Source: the human T2T-CHM13v2.0 reference genome, Homo sapiens
Direction: 5' to 3' (one strand)
Length of the DNA stretch: 64,000 nt
Assembly (NCBI RefSeq): GCF_009914755.1
Contig: NC_060928.1
Shown piece by piece: positions 26,948-40,959 of the stretch. The notes below the pieces were generated by a model, which saw nothing but the letters and a program-made list of their open reading frames with translations, ran no database searches and was not told where the DNA came from. The position numbers and the translations under genes were made by a program. Numbering within the stretch: position 1 is the first letter of the stretch; every line of letters starts with the position of its first letter.

Positions 26948-27629
26948 AAAAGATAGCTTTTAATGAGTACATTAATGTAGGACTTTTAATGGCTTAAGTT
27001 AAAGTTGAAAGTTTCATACTAGCTGTAAATGTCCCATCAAAACTCCCGTCTGTAAACTGCTTTGGGAGGTGGAGTTCTAATAATCCTTTGAGTTTGGGAA
27101 GAAAATGAAAACACCTTTAAGACCCTTATTCTTGTTTAGTGTCAGGCACTGTGAATAAGCACCCTGCTCTATCCTGCCCAACCCTGTTCCCAAGAATGTG
27201 TGACTGTCACTAATAGTAAGGCAGTAGGTGGGCCATTTCTTAGGATAAAAAGAGAAGAATTCCTAAATAATCTTGTATAGAGGCTGGTGTAGATTTAAAC
27301 CATAAACTTCACATGTTTTTCCCAGAGTTTGCTATCAAATGCATGGGAAATACAGGAACAGGGTCTGGTTCAAGTGCTTGTTTAGATGTGTTTGCCTTAT
27401 CCTGTGCTCTGCCATTGAATCCTGCTTTTTTAATTTTTGTTTTGTTTTGATTTGTTTTCACACTGGAAAAGTATGAAAATTCTCTGAAACAAACTGTCTC
27501 AAAGAAAATCCTTCTGCATAGTATAAAAAGTGTGGAGGACTGCTGTCTGACAAATATGTATCCAAATCCTAGAGACTAAGTTTATTTTTAATAATTTAAT
27601 AATATATACTTCTCAAGGCTTTTTTGCTT

Positions 27630-27930
27630 TGTTGTGCTTTTTTTTTTTTTAAGATGGAATCTCGCCCAGGCTGGAATACAGTGGCACAATCTTGTCTCAC
27701 TGCAACCTCTGCCCCCGATCCTGGGTTCAAGCAATTCTCCTGCCTCAGCCTCCTTAGTAAGCTGGGATTACAGGCGTGTGCTACCACACCTGGCTAATTT
27801 CTATATTTTTAGTAGAGACGAGGTTTTGCCATGTTGGCCAGTCTGGTCTTGAACTCCTGACCTCAAGCGATCGGCCTGCCTCAGCCTCCCAAAGTGCTGG
27901 GATTACAGGCGTGAGCCACCGTGCCTGGTC
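27630..27930 (-). mobile_element. AluS
   Basis: Antisense dimer flanked by TCTCAAGG. Confidence 0.92.
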
Positions 27931-28196
27931 CCTCTCAAGGTATTTTGAGGATGAAATTAATATGTGCAAATGTGGTTTAAGTGCAAGCTGACAGTATTTA
28001 GTTTGCTTCCTTCCTTGCCAATTTTCTTTAAAAAATTAAATAATCACAAAAACCTATAACTACTCAAATCATTCTTGAATGTGTAACTTGAATCTGGCTG
28101 GTGAAAAGGCCCTCTTTACCTACTAGCCAATAAATGTCTTTTGTTGCATACTTCATCTGTGCTTAATAAACAGTTTCTTTTTTTTCCTCCTAGTTT

Positions 28197-28680
28197 AGTA
28201 GTATTCAACTCTGCCTGTACCTTAGAATCACCTGGATAGCTTTTTTAAGTTTTTTAATTTTTTTTTAAGAGACAAGATCTCACTCTGTCACCCAGGCTAG
28301 AATACAGTGGTGTGATCATAGCTCACTGCAACTTTAAATTGCTGGGCTCAAGTGATCCCTCCGCCTCAGCATCCTGAATAACTGATACTGCAGGTGCGCG
28401 CTATCCAGCTAATTTTTTATTTTTTGTAGAGATAATGGTCTTCCTATGTTACCCAGCCTGGTCTTAAACTCCCTGGCCTAAAGCAGTTGTCCCTCCTTGG
28501 CCTCCCAAAGCACGGGGATTACAGATGTGAGCCACTGCACCTGGTCTGGATAGCTTTTAATAATCTCCATGCCCCGGCCTCAACTCAGACTATTAAACCA
28601 GAATCATTGTGGATGAGACCCTGGCATCTGTATTTTTAGAAACTCCTTAAGAAACCATAGTCAACTTTGGAACCAATGTT
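28197..28680. mobile_element. MER5-type hAT element interrupted by an antisense AluJ (~28250-28546)
   Basis: TTAGAATCACCTGG...TTAAACCAGAATC...GGCATCTGTATTTTT; Alu TSD approximately GGATAGCTTTT. Confidence 0.8.
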
Positions 28681-28891
28681 CTAGACTCTACTAGAATAGA
28701 GTGTAGAAAATTTGGTTCCCATAAATGCAGCAACATTTTTTGTGTTGGATTATATTTTATATTTATGTATTTTTTCTATATAAATCTTAAGAATTTAAAA
28801 CACAAAAATGTCTCAGAAGCATCTATGTATATGCCTATCTACAGGCCTTTTTACTATTTGGATGAGAATTTAAGGTACAAATATTTCCCTA

Positions 28892-29098
28892 GAGCTGTAC
28901 TGTCAAATGTAGTTTCCCTGGCCATATATGGTATGTAAATTTATATTTTAATTAATTAAAATTAGATACAATTTAAAATTCTGCTTATTACAACTAGCCA
29001 TATTTTAAGTGCTCAGGAGCCACTTGCAGCTACTAGCTACTGTAGCAAACAGCTCAGATATAGAACATTTCCTCATCACAGAAAGTCCTGTACTGCTT
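28892..29098 (-). mobile_element. MER3 hAT-Charlie
   Basis: TTAATTAAAATTA...CTAGCCATATTTTAAGTGCTCA...GATATAGAACATTTCC..CATCACAGAAAGT. Confidence 0.8.
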
Positions 29099-31676
29099 AG
29101 AGGTTTTGAAATTTGTGTATGTTTCTTATCATCTGAAATGGCATATATATAATTCCTGTTATTTCCTTCAGATTTATAATTTAAAAATATATTGTGTTAT
29201 TTTTTAAAGTTACTTTTTTTAAAGTCAGGAGAAATACCACATTTTTTATACATTTCCTCTTTCCTCAGTCTTTTGTACCTAGTTAAAGGTTTTTCTTTTC
29301 AAAGTTAACTGAGAAGAGGAAATTTAGTGTCCTTGTTTTTATTACTTATATCAGTATGCTCTAAACCTAACTAATGGCTTAATTGCCCTTGTGTACTGCA
29401 AGTTTCAGGTCTGGAAATGTGATGTCCCAAAATACTGAAAATAGTCATCATTTCAACACAAATGTTAGGATTTGATTAAAAGTTTTCCTTTTTGCTAAAG
29501 ATCCTTTTTCTTTTGCATACAGAAATTCTGAGTTATCAAATGATGTGATTGAGCTTTCAACAGAAAACTGTTTTATTAGTTTTAACATGAGCATAAAGGT
29601 GTGAGAGAAAATTTTTTTCTTATAGGGGAAGGCATTTCCTTGAAAAAAATGAGATTCCTAAAGAATTCCCAATGTTTGGAAGCTAAGACTGTGTCATCAA
29701 ACTTAATGGTATTTGCCACTTGGTAACTACTGATGCACAGCTTACAAGAAACTGCTGTGTGGTTCATCCTATACCCCCTCCTTACACACCTAGAAAAGAT
29801 GTTTCCTAATCAAAGTTTTATTGGTTTAGTATGCTCTGAGTAGAGTAGGAACAATAATTAATTTCAATTAAAAATATTCCTTCTTGGTAGATGGTATTTT
29901 TTTTTTTTACATAACCACTTTTTTTTTTTTTTTTTTTTTTTTTACCTATTCTGATCAGGTAGATTTGCCTACAGAACACTGGGAGTTATATTGTTGAAAG
30001 AATGCTTGATGGAATGTTTTGTGTACGATATCAGTTTCATGTTTTAATGCTTCCCCACTTAGTTGTAATAGAGTCTGTGGAACAAAAATGAAACATTCTT
30101 GTTGAACTTAAGGTTAGAATGATTATATAACCTGAGATTGTGTTAAAGATATTCAAAGTTGTGTTCTGTTTTGTTTTTTGAGGAAAGATACAGCCTGGGA
30201 ATTTTAAAAACTTCTTTTAGCACTATTTAAGTATTTTTGCTTCTTCTAAAAAAGTGTAATTTTAAAAATAAACATTTAAATTATTTAGGGGATGATTATT
30301 TTAGGTCTTAGTGTAGTTAAATATTTCTTCTGGAACATATAATGTAATTCAGTTTTTGAAGCAAAAATAATTAGTATTTTAGAACAGAAGTTTCAGTTTT
30401 TAATGATAAATTCCCTTGTCAGTGTCTTTTATATTTCTGACTTTAGCTGAGATGTAATTTCATGAAATTATTTGAACACCATATTGATTAAATTCATTCT
30501 TTACACAATCTGTTCTAATTTTATTTTGATGCTGATTTCTCTGCCTGGTTCAAGGAATGAGCTTAAAGCAATGTATAACATATGTGAATTTTCTAGTACT
30601 CTATGAAAATTTACCAAGACTGAAATGTATTTTTGTAGCTGTACTTCATGAAAGCTGGGACAGGTGGTTTAAAACAAAAACCTAAAAATTAAATAAAAAA
30701 TCACTATGATAATATAATAGAAACTTTAGTTTGGGAATGTTCGGTTATCAAATCTACACCAGATAAAACTATTGTAGCTATACCATTTACTTGAGTTCCA
30801 TTGGAGCTTAAATTCTGGCACTGCCTTAAGTAGTATAGAAATGAAAAACAGGATATGTGTTATTACATAGTACCCAGAGATACTGTAACTTCAGTTATAA
30901 TTTAACATATTCCCCTATGTTCACAGTTTGTGGCATATAATTCTTAGAGTTACAGTGAAAAATTTAGAATATATTATTCTCTAATATTAAAACTTAATAT
31001 TTAATAGAAATTTCCTTCAATTTTTGAACAAAAGAAAATATTTTAATATGGTTACATAATATATCACACTGATTGTGTGAAGACCAAATTGAGCTCTGTT
31101 TTTAAGGTAAGATTTCACCTGAATCTTTTTCAGGTTTATGTTAGTACATCAAACTTTCTAACTTCAAAGGGATTTTAAGATTGTATTGAGATACTAACAT
31201 TCAATTGAAAAAATGAATACTGCTGTTCTTCCACCGCGGGGATACTTAAGAATCACTGTCTGTGAGCCACAATGTTTGAGGATTTTTCTAGATGAATCTG
31301 TAATGATAAATCTGGGCTTATCCAACATTTGTATACCTAGTTCCCTTTTTAATTGTTCCTTATTCATTGATTCCTATTCTTTGCCAGACACTCTACTAGG
31401 CACTGGTGGTGCATAGAGAAGACACATTTCCAAGACAGGCAACTTAGGGGAATAGTCTGAGGCCACATAGCTTTAATCATCTGAGTTCATGCTGAATAAA
31501 TCAATCTATTGGCAGGATGTATTGTACAGAGTGGCTGTGAAGATAATATTAAATAACATGTAAATTGCCTTGTAAAACTTAGCAAACATGTGGGTACCTA
31601 TCTGAATATATATACAGGTGATTTGTTTTTAGATGTTGCTGTGCATGGTGTTGACCACTCCTGTTTGATTTAGAGA

Positions 31677-31937
31677 AACAGTATAGTATGGTATTTAAAG
31701 CATAGACTAGGAGCCAGAATGCCTGGGTTTTGATCTGACTCTATGGTTTACAAGCTCTGTGACCTTGCCCAAGTTACTTAACCTTGCTGTACTTTATTTT
31801 CCTCATCTTCAAAATGAGGATGATAACCAAGCCTACTTTATGGGATTGTTGTGAGAACCAAATGAGTTAATACATGAAAAGCACTTAGAATAGTGCTTAA
31901 TACATACTATGTGTTTAATAAATATTAGCTATTATTA
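31677..31937 (+). mobile_element. MIR, near full length
   Basis: Core TGTGACCTTGCCCAAGTTACTTAACC...TTTCCTCATCTTCAAAATG. Confidence 0.9.
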
Positions 31938-32178
31938 TTTTTAGTATACTTATATTTGATTTATAACAGTTTTTTTAACACGGTACAGGTAATATATGAA
32001 CTTAAATATGGTTTCTTGTTTCAAAGTTTATAGGCCTACTTTGTTCCTTGGGCCACATGTTCCTTCCAGTCATCGCTTGGGCTTGTTGATACATGTGATG
32101 TGTGCCAGATTTTTACACACTTACTAGAACTTGTGAAATGAATGTCATCCTTTTCAAACTACTATAATTATTTTTCTG

Positions 32179-32482
32179 ATTTTTTTTTTTTTTTTGAGAC
32201 AAGGTCTCAGTCACTCAGGCTGGAGTGTAGTGACCCAATCACAGGTTACTGCAGCACTTCAACCTCCCATGCTCAACTGATCCTCCTACTTCAGCCCCGC
32301 AAAGCACTTGGATTACAGGCACCTGCTGCCACACACACCTGGCTAATTTTATTTGTATTTATTTGTAGAAATGGGGTCTCCTTATGTTGCGCAGGCTGGT
32401 CTCAAACTACTGGACTCAAGCGATCCTCCTGCCTCAGCCTCTTAAGGTGTTGGGATTACAGGATGAGCTGCCATGCCTGGCC
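32179..32482 (-). mobile_element. AluJ
   Basis: Antisense diverged dimer with T tail. Confidence 0.9.
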
Positions 32483-35109
32483 TCAAACTACTCATGTTTA
32501 GAACACTGTATTTCCTGTTTAGGAATCACTTTTAGGACATATGGCATATTGTTTTAAACATCCTTTTTGGTGGTATATCTCTTCTTTGAGAGTAGGTTTG
32601 ATTTAATTAAATAATATATTTTTTCATGTTTTAGAAAGGTGAGTGATAAGAAGTATAATTTGAATTAAAATGAAAAATGGAGTATAAAGTAAAATGAATA
32701 TTTTAAAAATATCTAAACATAATTAGAAAAGAAGATTCCAAAAATATTTTTGATAACTTGTCCTTGTTTACCCTTCTGAAGTGTCTATTTAGAAAGGTGA
32801 CACTGTCAGATATATAAATTGTAGTTTGTTAAAATGTACATGTTCACAGTCTCACACAGAATTATTACTTAATATTTGTGAATCTTATGTTGCTATGCTT
32901 CTGAGGCTAAGTACTGTGTAATATAACCTAAAATTCTTTAGAAAGTGTTTGTGGTCACATTTCCTAGCTGATATTGTGCATGCTTTTAATAGCTTTTCTG
33001 TTAAAAATTATTTGGTATTTCTCACAGAACTTTAAATATGCTCTAATGTATGTTATGAATTCCAAAGATGATATGGTATGTATAATTTTTCATTTATTAA
33101 CTACAGAATTCATAACACATCTCTTAGCATCTCTTATACCCAGTTCCCTTTTTTAACTATATAAAATGAGTCATTACATTATATGTTTTACATGTCATTT
33201 TGTCTTCACAGCTATTCTCTGCAATATATCCTGCCAATAAATTGATTTATTCAGCATGAACTCAGATAATTAGCATCACTCAGATGATGCTAATAAAGTA
33301 CCTCGACCTAGTGGATATTTAAGAAACTGGATTTACTCTTCAGGGAGACTAGTTCATGGCCATTAAGATCATTTGGTACTTTTGTGCTTTGCATTGTTTG
33401 ACATTTAATTATTTGTAATAATATGATTAATTTATATAATTAAAAAATCAATATTTGACCCACTATTGAAATACTAAATTGAGTTATTGTTAACCTTTTA
33501 ACAAGACAAAATTAATGTCTACTTATATTCATTCTTAAGTGTTTAGCTTTTGTGAAAACTGAATTCAGGTAGTGTTATGACTTGTTTATTCATGTTCAGA
33601 CCTAAATTAGGAAGCACAGTATAATAGAAAGAGCAAACACATTGAATTTGGGTAGTCCTCGGTTTGAGTTTTAGCTCTTTTAGTAATTAGAATGACTTTG
33701 GATAAATTTAATCTATTTCTGATCTGTAAAATGCAAATAATAATATATATCTCAAAAGGTTTTGTAAGCTTTATTCCTGAATTATACACATATAAAATGA
33801 TTGGGCATAGCCTACTGATTCTGTTTACAGGAATTGTTTACCTTTACTTCCCTCTTCAATTGTGTTACTGAGAGAAATAGTAACCTAATAAATCTGATTA
33901 ATAATGCTGAGATAAAAGCATCTCTTTATCACTCAGATTTTAGCCTCTTTAGTTTACATTGGTTTGATTAGGCCACTGCTATTGCTTTGGTTATCAGATT
34001 GTTTTATATGTAAGATCTTTTTAGGTACAGTAGCTACATATAAGCTACTTTAAGACTAAAATGGTTGACATTTTAAAGGAAACAAAATAGGTAAATCCGC
34101 CATGTCCCCTTGAATATGTGAAAAATACAGAAATTGATAGAAAAAAATACCACAGCATTATTCGACCATTTAAAAAATAGCAACAATTAGAAATGTTTTA
34201 TAAATACATTTATTTTTTTAATATCCTTTGTTTCTTGTGTAAACTAATTATACTACTGTAACATATTTGACCACTCTATGTTCAGAATTATTTTCCGTAT
34301 TTTGAGAAATATTGAAAAATAAAAGTGGTTGCTACCAAAAAACTTAAAATCTTGCTTGAAACACACAGAGAAAAGACAGGAAGCCATTATATATTGTAAA
34401 ATAATGATTAACTGCAATGAAAGCTTTAAGGAAGAAAGTGTGGTCTGATTTAATCAGGATTCACTTGGGGAGTAGAGTGTGAGCTGAGTCTTGAAGACAT
34501 TAAATGTCTGTAGATGGGAATGGTATGTCATGGAGTAAAACAAAAGATAAGAGTAAGTGAATTCATGAGGGAAGTGTTTACAAAGAAATGCTGAAGATGA
34601 CCTGTCAAAGTGAGAAAAGGATGAGGACAGAGAAGGGAGTGCCTAAGAAACTAGGAAAATGTTATGTTAAAGAAAGTGCCTTAGGAGAGTGGAGGGTAAA
34701 GGACCAATAGTTCCAGATGCCACAGGGAGCCAAAGAGAGAAGGCTAAAGAAAAGTAGAACATTGTGATCAGTTGAATATTGCAGGGATAGAAAGGAAATT
34801 GAAATGGGGGATGATATTTGGTTTCAAAACAGATGAAAGTTGGATGATCTGATCTATGAGGATTCATAGGGTCAGAACATTTTTCCTTTTTAAGATCAAA
34901 GGTGGTGAAAGAACAGATTGATTCTGTGAGATTAAGAGATTTAAAATGGCAGAGTGAGAAAGAATCATCTCCTTTTATGAGGATTGTCTGGATGGTAAAG
35001 AATGAGTCCTAGGTAGAGGTATTCATTTTAGTCAGGGGGAAACAACTTTTTCCTGTAAGATTGAAGGAAAGGCTACAAAGATAGATGTGGGCCTATTGAT
35101 GAATAGAAA

Positions 35110-35284
35110 TAAAAATAAGATTTTATAGATAATTTACACTTAATGATAGTATCTTCAGAAAGTGCTGTCATAGGAGGCAAGATTATCTCTTGGCATATAA
35201 AATCTAAAAATAAGATTTTATAGATAATTTACACTTAGTGATAGTATCTTCAGAAAGTGCTGTCATAGGAGGCAAGATTATCTC
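35110..35284. repeat. 80-bp direct duplication with 15-nt spacer
   Basis: Copies at 35110-35189 and 35205-35284 with 1 mismatch. Confidence 0.95.
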
Positions 35285-36884
35285 AGGCATTATTTGGGTA
35301 GTGGTGAAAATAAAGAGATATAGGTAAAGTTGGGAATCATTACTGTTGGGAAAGTAATGAGAGGTTGTTAAAGGATTTATAGAGGCTTTGTGAGTTTGAA
35401 GTTGAATAAGTTGAACAGTGATGGCCTCAGTCCACATTTGCAGAAAACGAAGAGTAAAGTGAAAGAAATTATTACAGTCTATAATGGTCAAGTAAAATAT
35501 GGGGCTTGTAGTAATGAGGAAATCCCACTGAGGCTGGGAGGATTGGGTGAAATGGAAAGTGATTTTTTTAGTAGTTTCTAAATTTGCTCAATAAGCCAAC
35601 TATTGATTGAATTAAAGATATTTATCATTTTCCTCTATCTGCCACTTTTTTAGAACAAGCGCCAACAAAGGATCTTGATCCTAAAACAAGTATATGATGT
35701 TTGTTTAATTGAATATGCTGTGTGGATTAGTTACTGCTTGGTTCACTTAATCTGGGATTGGGGCTGTATTTAAAATGAGCCACCTACACTATACACTTAG
35801 AAAAAAACTGTTTAAATCAAAATCTTACTCATTTTTTAATATTCTGCTATAGTAGTTGGTTTTATATTTGCCCCAGTGTGACTTTACTGTTAGTCTTTAT
35901 GCTTATTTATTGTGATAATCACTAGGATTCATAATTTAAAATTAATTGTAAGTGCTTTCCACAAATTGTTTTGACTACTGTCTAAAGAAATAGAAATGAA
36001 TGAATGAAATAATGAAAATAATTCTATTCTCCTCTTACAAATTAGCATTATACTTGGCAGGTATCTATTCCTAAAAAGTTTCTAAATGAATCGCATCTTT
36101 CCATCTGAAAATCAGATAAATGTTTTATTTGGCGTACCGTCAAGTGCAATGCAATTCAATAAATAGGTTTAGTATTTTACCCACTCAAGACTAGATTTTT
36201 TTCTTAATTCTTGAAATAACATAATGAAACTCCTTGACTCTACAAATACCTAGTTGATTGCATAAAGTCACCTAGTTGCTTGTTAAATAACAGCAAAATT
36301 CAGTATAGACCTCTAAAAGTACTATTTTAGCTAGCCATATCATCTGAAGGATTGTCATTGCCTTGATTAATAACTGTCCATAATGGTGGCCAGTACATTT
36401 TCTGCTGCTTTTTGTATTGCCACATAGTTCTAAGAAAAATAACTCAAGAGGAAATAATGTTATTCCAGCTGATAAATTAATCCTGGAGCACTTAGCATTC
36501 TTTTAAATTCATTAAACCTCTTAATCATATAAAATAAGACTTAAAAATTTGATTCTGTCTCAAGATAAAAATTATAATTGTATGTGCTATAAACAGCAAA
36601 ATTCATGTTTATGATTCCTTTAAAACTGTTAATCTTTTTTTTAAAAAAAGTCTTTAAATACCCTTACTACCCTAATGAGGGATATCATAAAGATTTTTAT
36701 ATATCCATCTACATTTTACAACCTTTTTATACTACATGAAAATATTTTAAAAGATATCTATGATGTCTATAAATAGGATTCTATGCCATTATAATCTGTA
36801 GATTACACCATTAATATATACGTGTATGCTTATATTGTCTTTCACATCATCTAAATGAACACTGAAAATGACTCCAATGATAAG

Positions 36885-37110
36885 GTACTATTTGAATATT
36901 ATTGTGTGCTAGGCACTCTTTTAAGAAATTGAGACGTAGTATATTATTTATCTTTACAGTCCTGTTGAGGTACACGCAATCCTGTGAAGTAAATGCTGTT
37001 ATTCTTATTTTACAGATGAGAAAACTGAGGCTTAGAGAGGCTTAATGAGTGGTAGTGGAGTACACACTTGAATCCAAGCCTGTCCTACTCCAGTCAGCTA
37101 TCATAACTGT
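36885..37110 (-). mobile_element. MIR
   Basis: ATTTTACAGATGAGAAAACTGAGGCTTAGAGAGG core. Confidence 0.85.
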
Positions 37111-37895
37111 AACTTCTCATATCAGTAGTGTCTTTTGACATGAGCAGTATTAAGGTGGGGCAAAAAATCGCCTCAATTTCCCTAGAAAAGATGAAAGAGA
37201 CCTTGGCAGTCTAATTTGGCATCTAAATTCATGAGTTTTTTTATGAGCTTTTAAAACAGTTCTTGCAATGATATATTTTCCTTTTAGCTTTTCTTTTTTC
37301 AAGGTCTTCCTCTACTAACTTGTCACTTTTGGGCTTCACAGCGCCGAGTTCCTATAAAACTGTTGAGTAAAGTAAAGATAATGAAGTGCCCTTTTGAAAA
37401 TCTTTTAACAATGTTTAGATGCTCATCACAGCATTATTTGTAGTAATATAAAATTGGAAACAAATAGCTTAGAAAAGAGGAATGATTTATTCTAAATCCT
37501 TACAATAGAATTTTGTGGTCATCAAAAATTAGATTGATAAGGAGCTTTTTGTAACATGGAAATATGTTAAATAGATAAAAGGTAAAACCTGGCAAATAAA
37601 GCATGATCATAACTATTGTTTTTGTGTTGCCTTATTTTTTAATAAAAACTTTCATTTAAAAAGGCCAGAAAAAAATAGTGAGGGACATTATAAAGATTTG
37701 TATAGGGAGAACCAACCTATTTTAGGAGTAGAGAGATTCGATTGTGAAGAATTCACTATGTATAGAATCTGGTTTGTTAAGTTGAGGAACAAATTATGAT
37801 ATTTTGCCCGAAGATTTTTTTCTTCTAAATATGGAGGAAGCTTACTGATTCTAATGCTTTATGTTATTCTAGCCAATTCTTGGAAGATTTACTTG

Positions 37896-38017
37896 AGGCT
37901 CTGTTGCTGCTTTACAAAGATGACTAGAAATGATAGTACATGCTTATAAAATTAGGCTGGGTTGCTGCTTTACAAAGATGATTAGGTAATTATAATGATA
38001 GTACATGCTTATAAAAT
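37896..38017. repeat. About 58-bp imperfect tandem duplication
   Basis: GTTGCTGCTTTACAAAGATGA...AATGATAGTACATGCTTATAAAAT occurs twice. Confidence 0.9.
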
Positions 38018-39499
38018 ATACTGTTTAATAAAAATTTAATTCCTCAAAATAACTTTATGGTAAATACTACTGTTATCTTCCTTTTTATAGATAATGGAAA
38101 CTGAGGTGCACTTAGATTAATTAAAATCTGCCCAAATATAGATGGTAAGTGGGAGAGCCAGCATTTTGCATCTAGGCAATCTGGTTCCGAAGCCTGTGTG
38201 CCTAAACACTATGCACTAGGTATTTTAATAGTGAAAATCATTTATAACTTTTAGTTCAGAGTTGGAAATAATTATCTTATTAAGGTATGGCCATTGAGAA
38301 TAGTTTATGACCAAGTCTTCATTACATACTTAGTACGTTTAAAAATCATCCTTTGGTTTGGTTGATGGCAGTTATTTACAGAGCCCCAAACTGTTGTTGA
38401 CTGCTAACAAAGTTTCTTTTCTTCTCCTTTGAATTGACTCTTTCAGTAGGGCTGGATGCTTTGTATGTGGTGATGTAAAAAGTGTCTGAGGAGAACTACA
38501 AAAGTTTCTAAATTTTAGTTTATCACATGGTTTTAGAATTCATTCACAATTGGTTGCCATTTGCTCTTAGTTGGAGAAGTGGACTTTGTAGCTTAGAGTT
38601 CTTTGAGACATAAAATTGAAATCACTATTAATCCTTTCCCTCAACTGGCTGTCTTCACATCTATTTTTTTCTTACGAGTCATGTACTGTTATCCCTATGA
38701 AAATAGTTTAGATGATCATGTAATTCTTTTATTAAGTAAACAGTTTTGTTATCCTCTGAAGAGGATGAGTTATGCAGACTTTAGTTATAGCAGATAAAGT
38801 TTATTATTAAGTATCTTATTTTATAGAATAGGTAAAACTTGTATTTATATAAGGTTGAAAATGTACAAAGATTGAAAAGTAAGTCATCTTTGTTTTGCCT
38901 CCAAGTCCCCTTCCTGGGGTGCTTTTCTGTATCCTTCATTTTCAGTAATGTCACCGAAGCCAGGAGGAGACATAATGTTGCACTAAACTGGTGTTTTAGT
39001 CTTCCTCAGTGTGAAACTTTGTATGTACCCTCGTAGTATGCTAAAAGCTCTTGGCTTTTGAAAAGAATTTATACAAATAAAGTATTCATCTTTTATATAT
39101 TAAATAGCATAACTTATTTTTTCTGCTTTTCTTTTTTTTCCTCAGATTACCTCATTAGTCAAACATGTTTCACACTTTTAACCTGTTAATCCCTTTCTTT
39201 TGTTAGCACTTAGATATCAGTTAGTCGTAAAAGCAAACGTGGATGTCTTAGCAGTACTAATTTTATGGTTTTGTTTAAGTTGAAAATTTTCTTTTAATTG
39301 AGGTTGACAAATATTGGGTACAACCGAAGTTGTACTTCGGGGGACTTAGATCTATTTCAGTTATCTTATAGAGCATTGGTGTGCAAAGAAGCTAGATACA
39401 TAGAAATTTTTAAAAACATGTTTGTTTTTCTAGTTTTCTTTCCTTGGCTTAAGTATGAATACTAAGACTAAATATGGAGTTAGTCTTATTATGTACCTA

Positions 39500-39826
<327 letters not shown>

Positions 39827-39941
39827 CTAGGAATCTATCTCCCCTTTAGAGAAATTAGAAATTTTGGTCATGCTTTTATGCAGTTATTCTCAAAGTCAAA
39901 AAATGTTAGTTTGTTAGAATATTATTATACATAGCCTAAAT

Positions 39942-40280
39942 CAAGTGTCACTAGCCTAAATGCCTGCAGGGGCAAAAAAGGGGCCAGGGCAGTTAAGTGA
40001 GGAGGAAGACAATAATGAGTGATGAAAACTGTAGTGAACTAAAGAGCTCAGACTAGATAAAGTGGGAAGCTACTATCCACCTTGAGTGCTGCCACATCTC
40101 CTATTTTTCCCTCCAATTTTTATATGAAATCTCCCTAATTTGTGAAGTCTTCTAATTTGTAAACGTTGGAATGCAAATTTACACTTTTGCAAATGTGGTG
40201 TAGGCTGTTGTCCTATAGGCCAAACAAAACATGTCAGCAGGCCAAATAAAGCCCATGGGCCACCAGTATGGAGTTTATGC
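39942..40280 (-). mobile_element. Old hAT-Charlie (MER102-like)
   Basis: GGCCAAACAAAACATGTC.GCAGGCC...GCCCATGGGCCACCAGT terminus. Confidence 0.55.
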
Positions 40281-40959
40281 CCTAGATTATCTTAACAGCC
40301 TTACACTTGCATGAACTTGCCTATTCTGTTTTGATACTTATTAAGAGATAATGGTATTAATAATGATTCCAGCTGTCTGTTTTGATTAATATTTTACCTT
40401 AGCATATTAATGAAGTAAATAATTGGATTTTTTGTGTAGGAAGAGAGAGCAAAAGACTAGTTCCTAAAATGTATAGAAGATGATGTCTTATGTGTAAATA
40501 TATGACTTGATTTCCATTATTTTTCTTAGAAAAATTTTATTCTGATCCCCTTTCATTGTCAAGTTCTGCTATTCTTCCTTTTTCCTACTTTCACATTCAG
40601 TATCTCCCTGCTTCTCCCACGATTATTATTTTCATTTGCAAGAGTTATAAAATAAAAATCCTCTTGTACAAACTCTGTAGAAAGTCAATCACTTTGTGAT
40701 TTATTTACCTGCACAAACTTCCAGACATTCTTCCCCATAGCATTACAATTCCTTACTTAGTCTTAATATTACTTCTTTTAAAATTGCTTTTTAAGCAGAA
40801 TGGACTGCCTTTAAGGCAGTTAGTGAAAAGGCCCACAGAAAACAATCTAGAGGGGTGATCTCATAACCATGTAAGATTTGACCCTACTCTATCAGGGATG
40901 ATTGAACTGGGATGCCATTTACAGTGGTTCAGTACAGAGAAATAAGCATAAGTTAGTGA

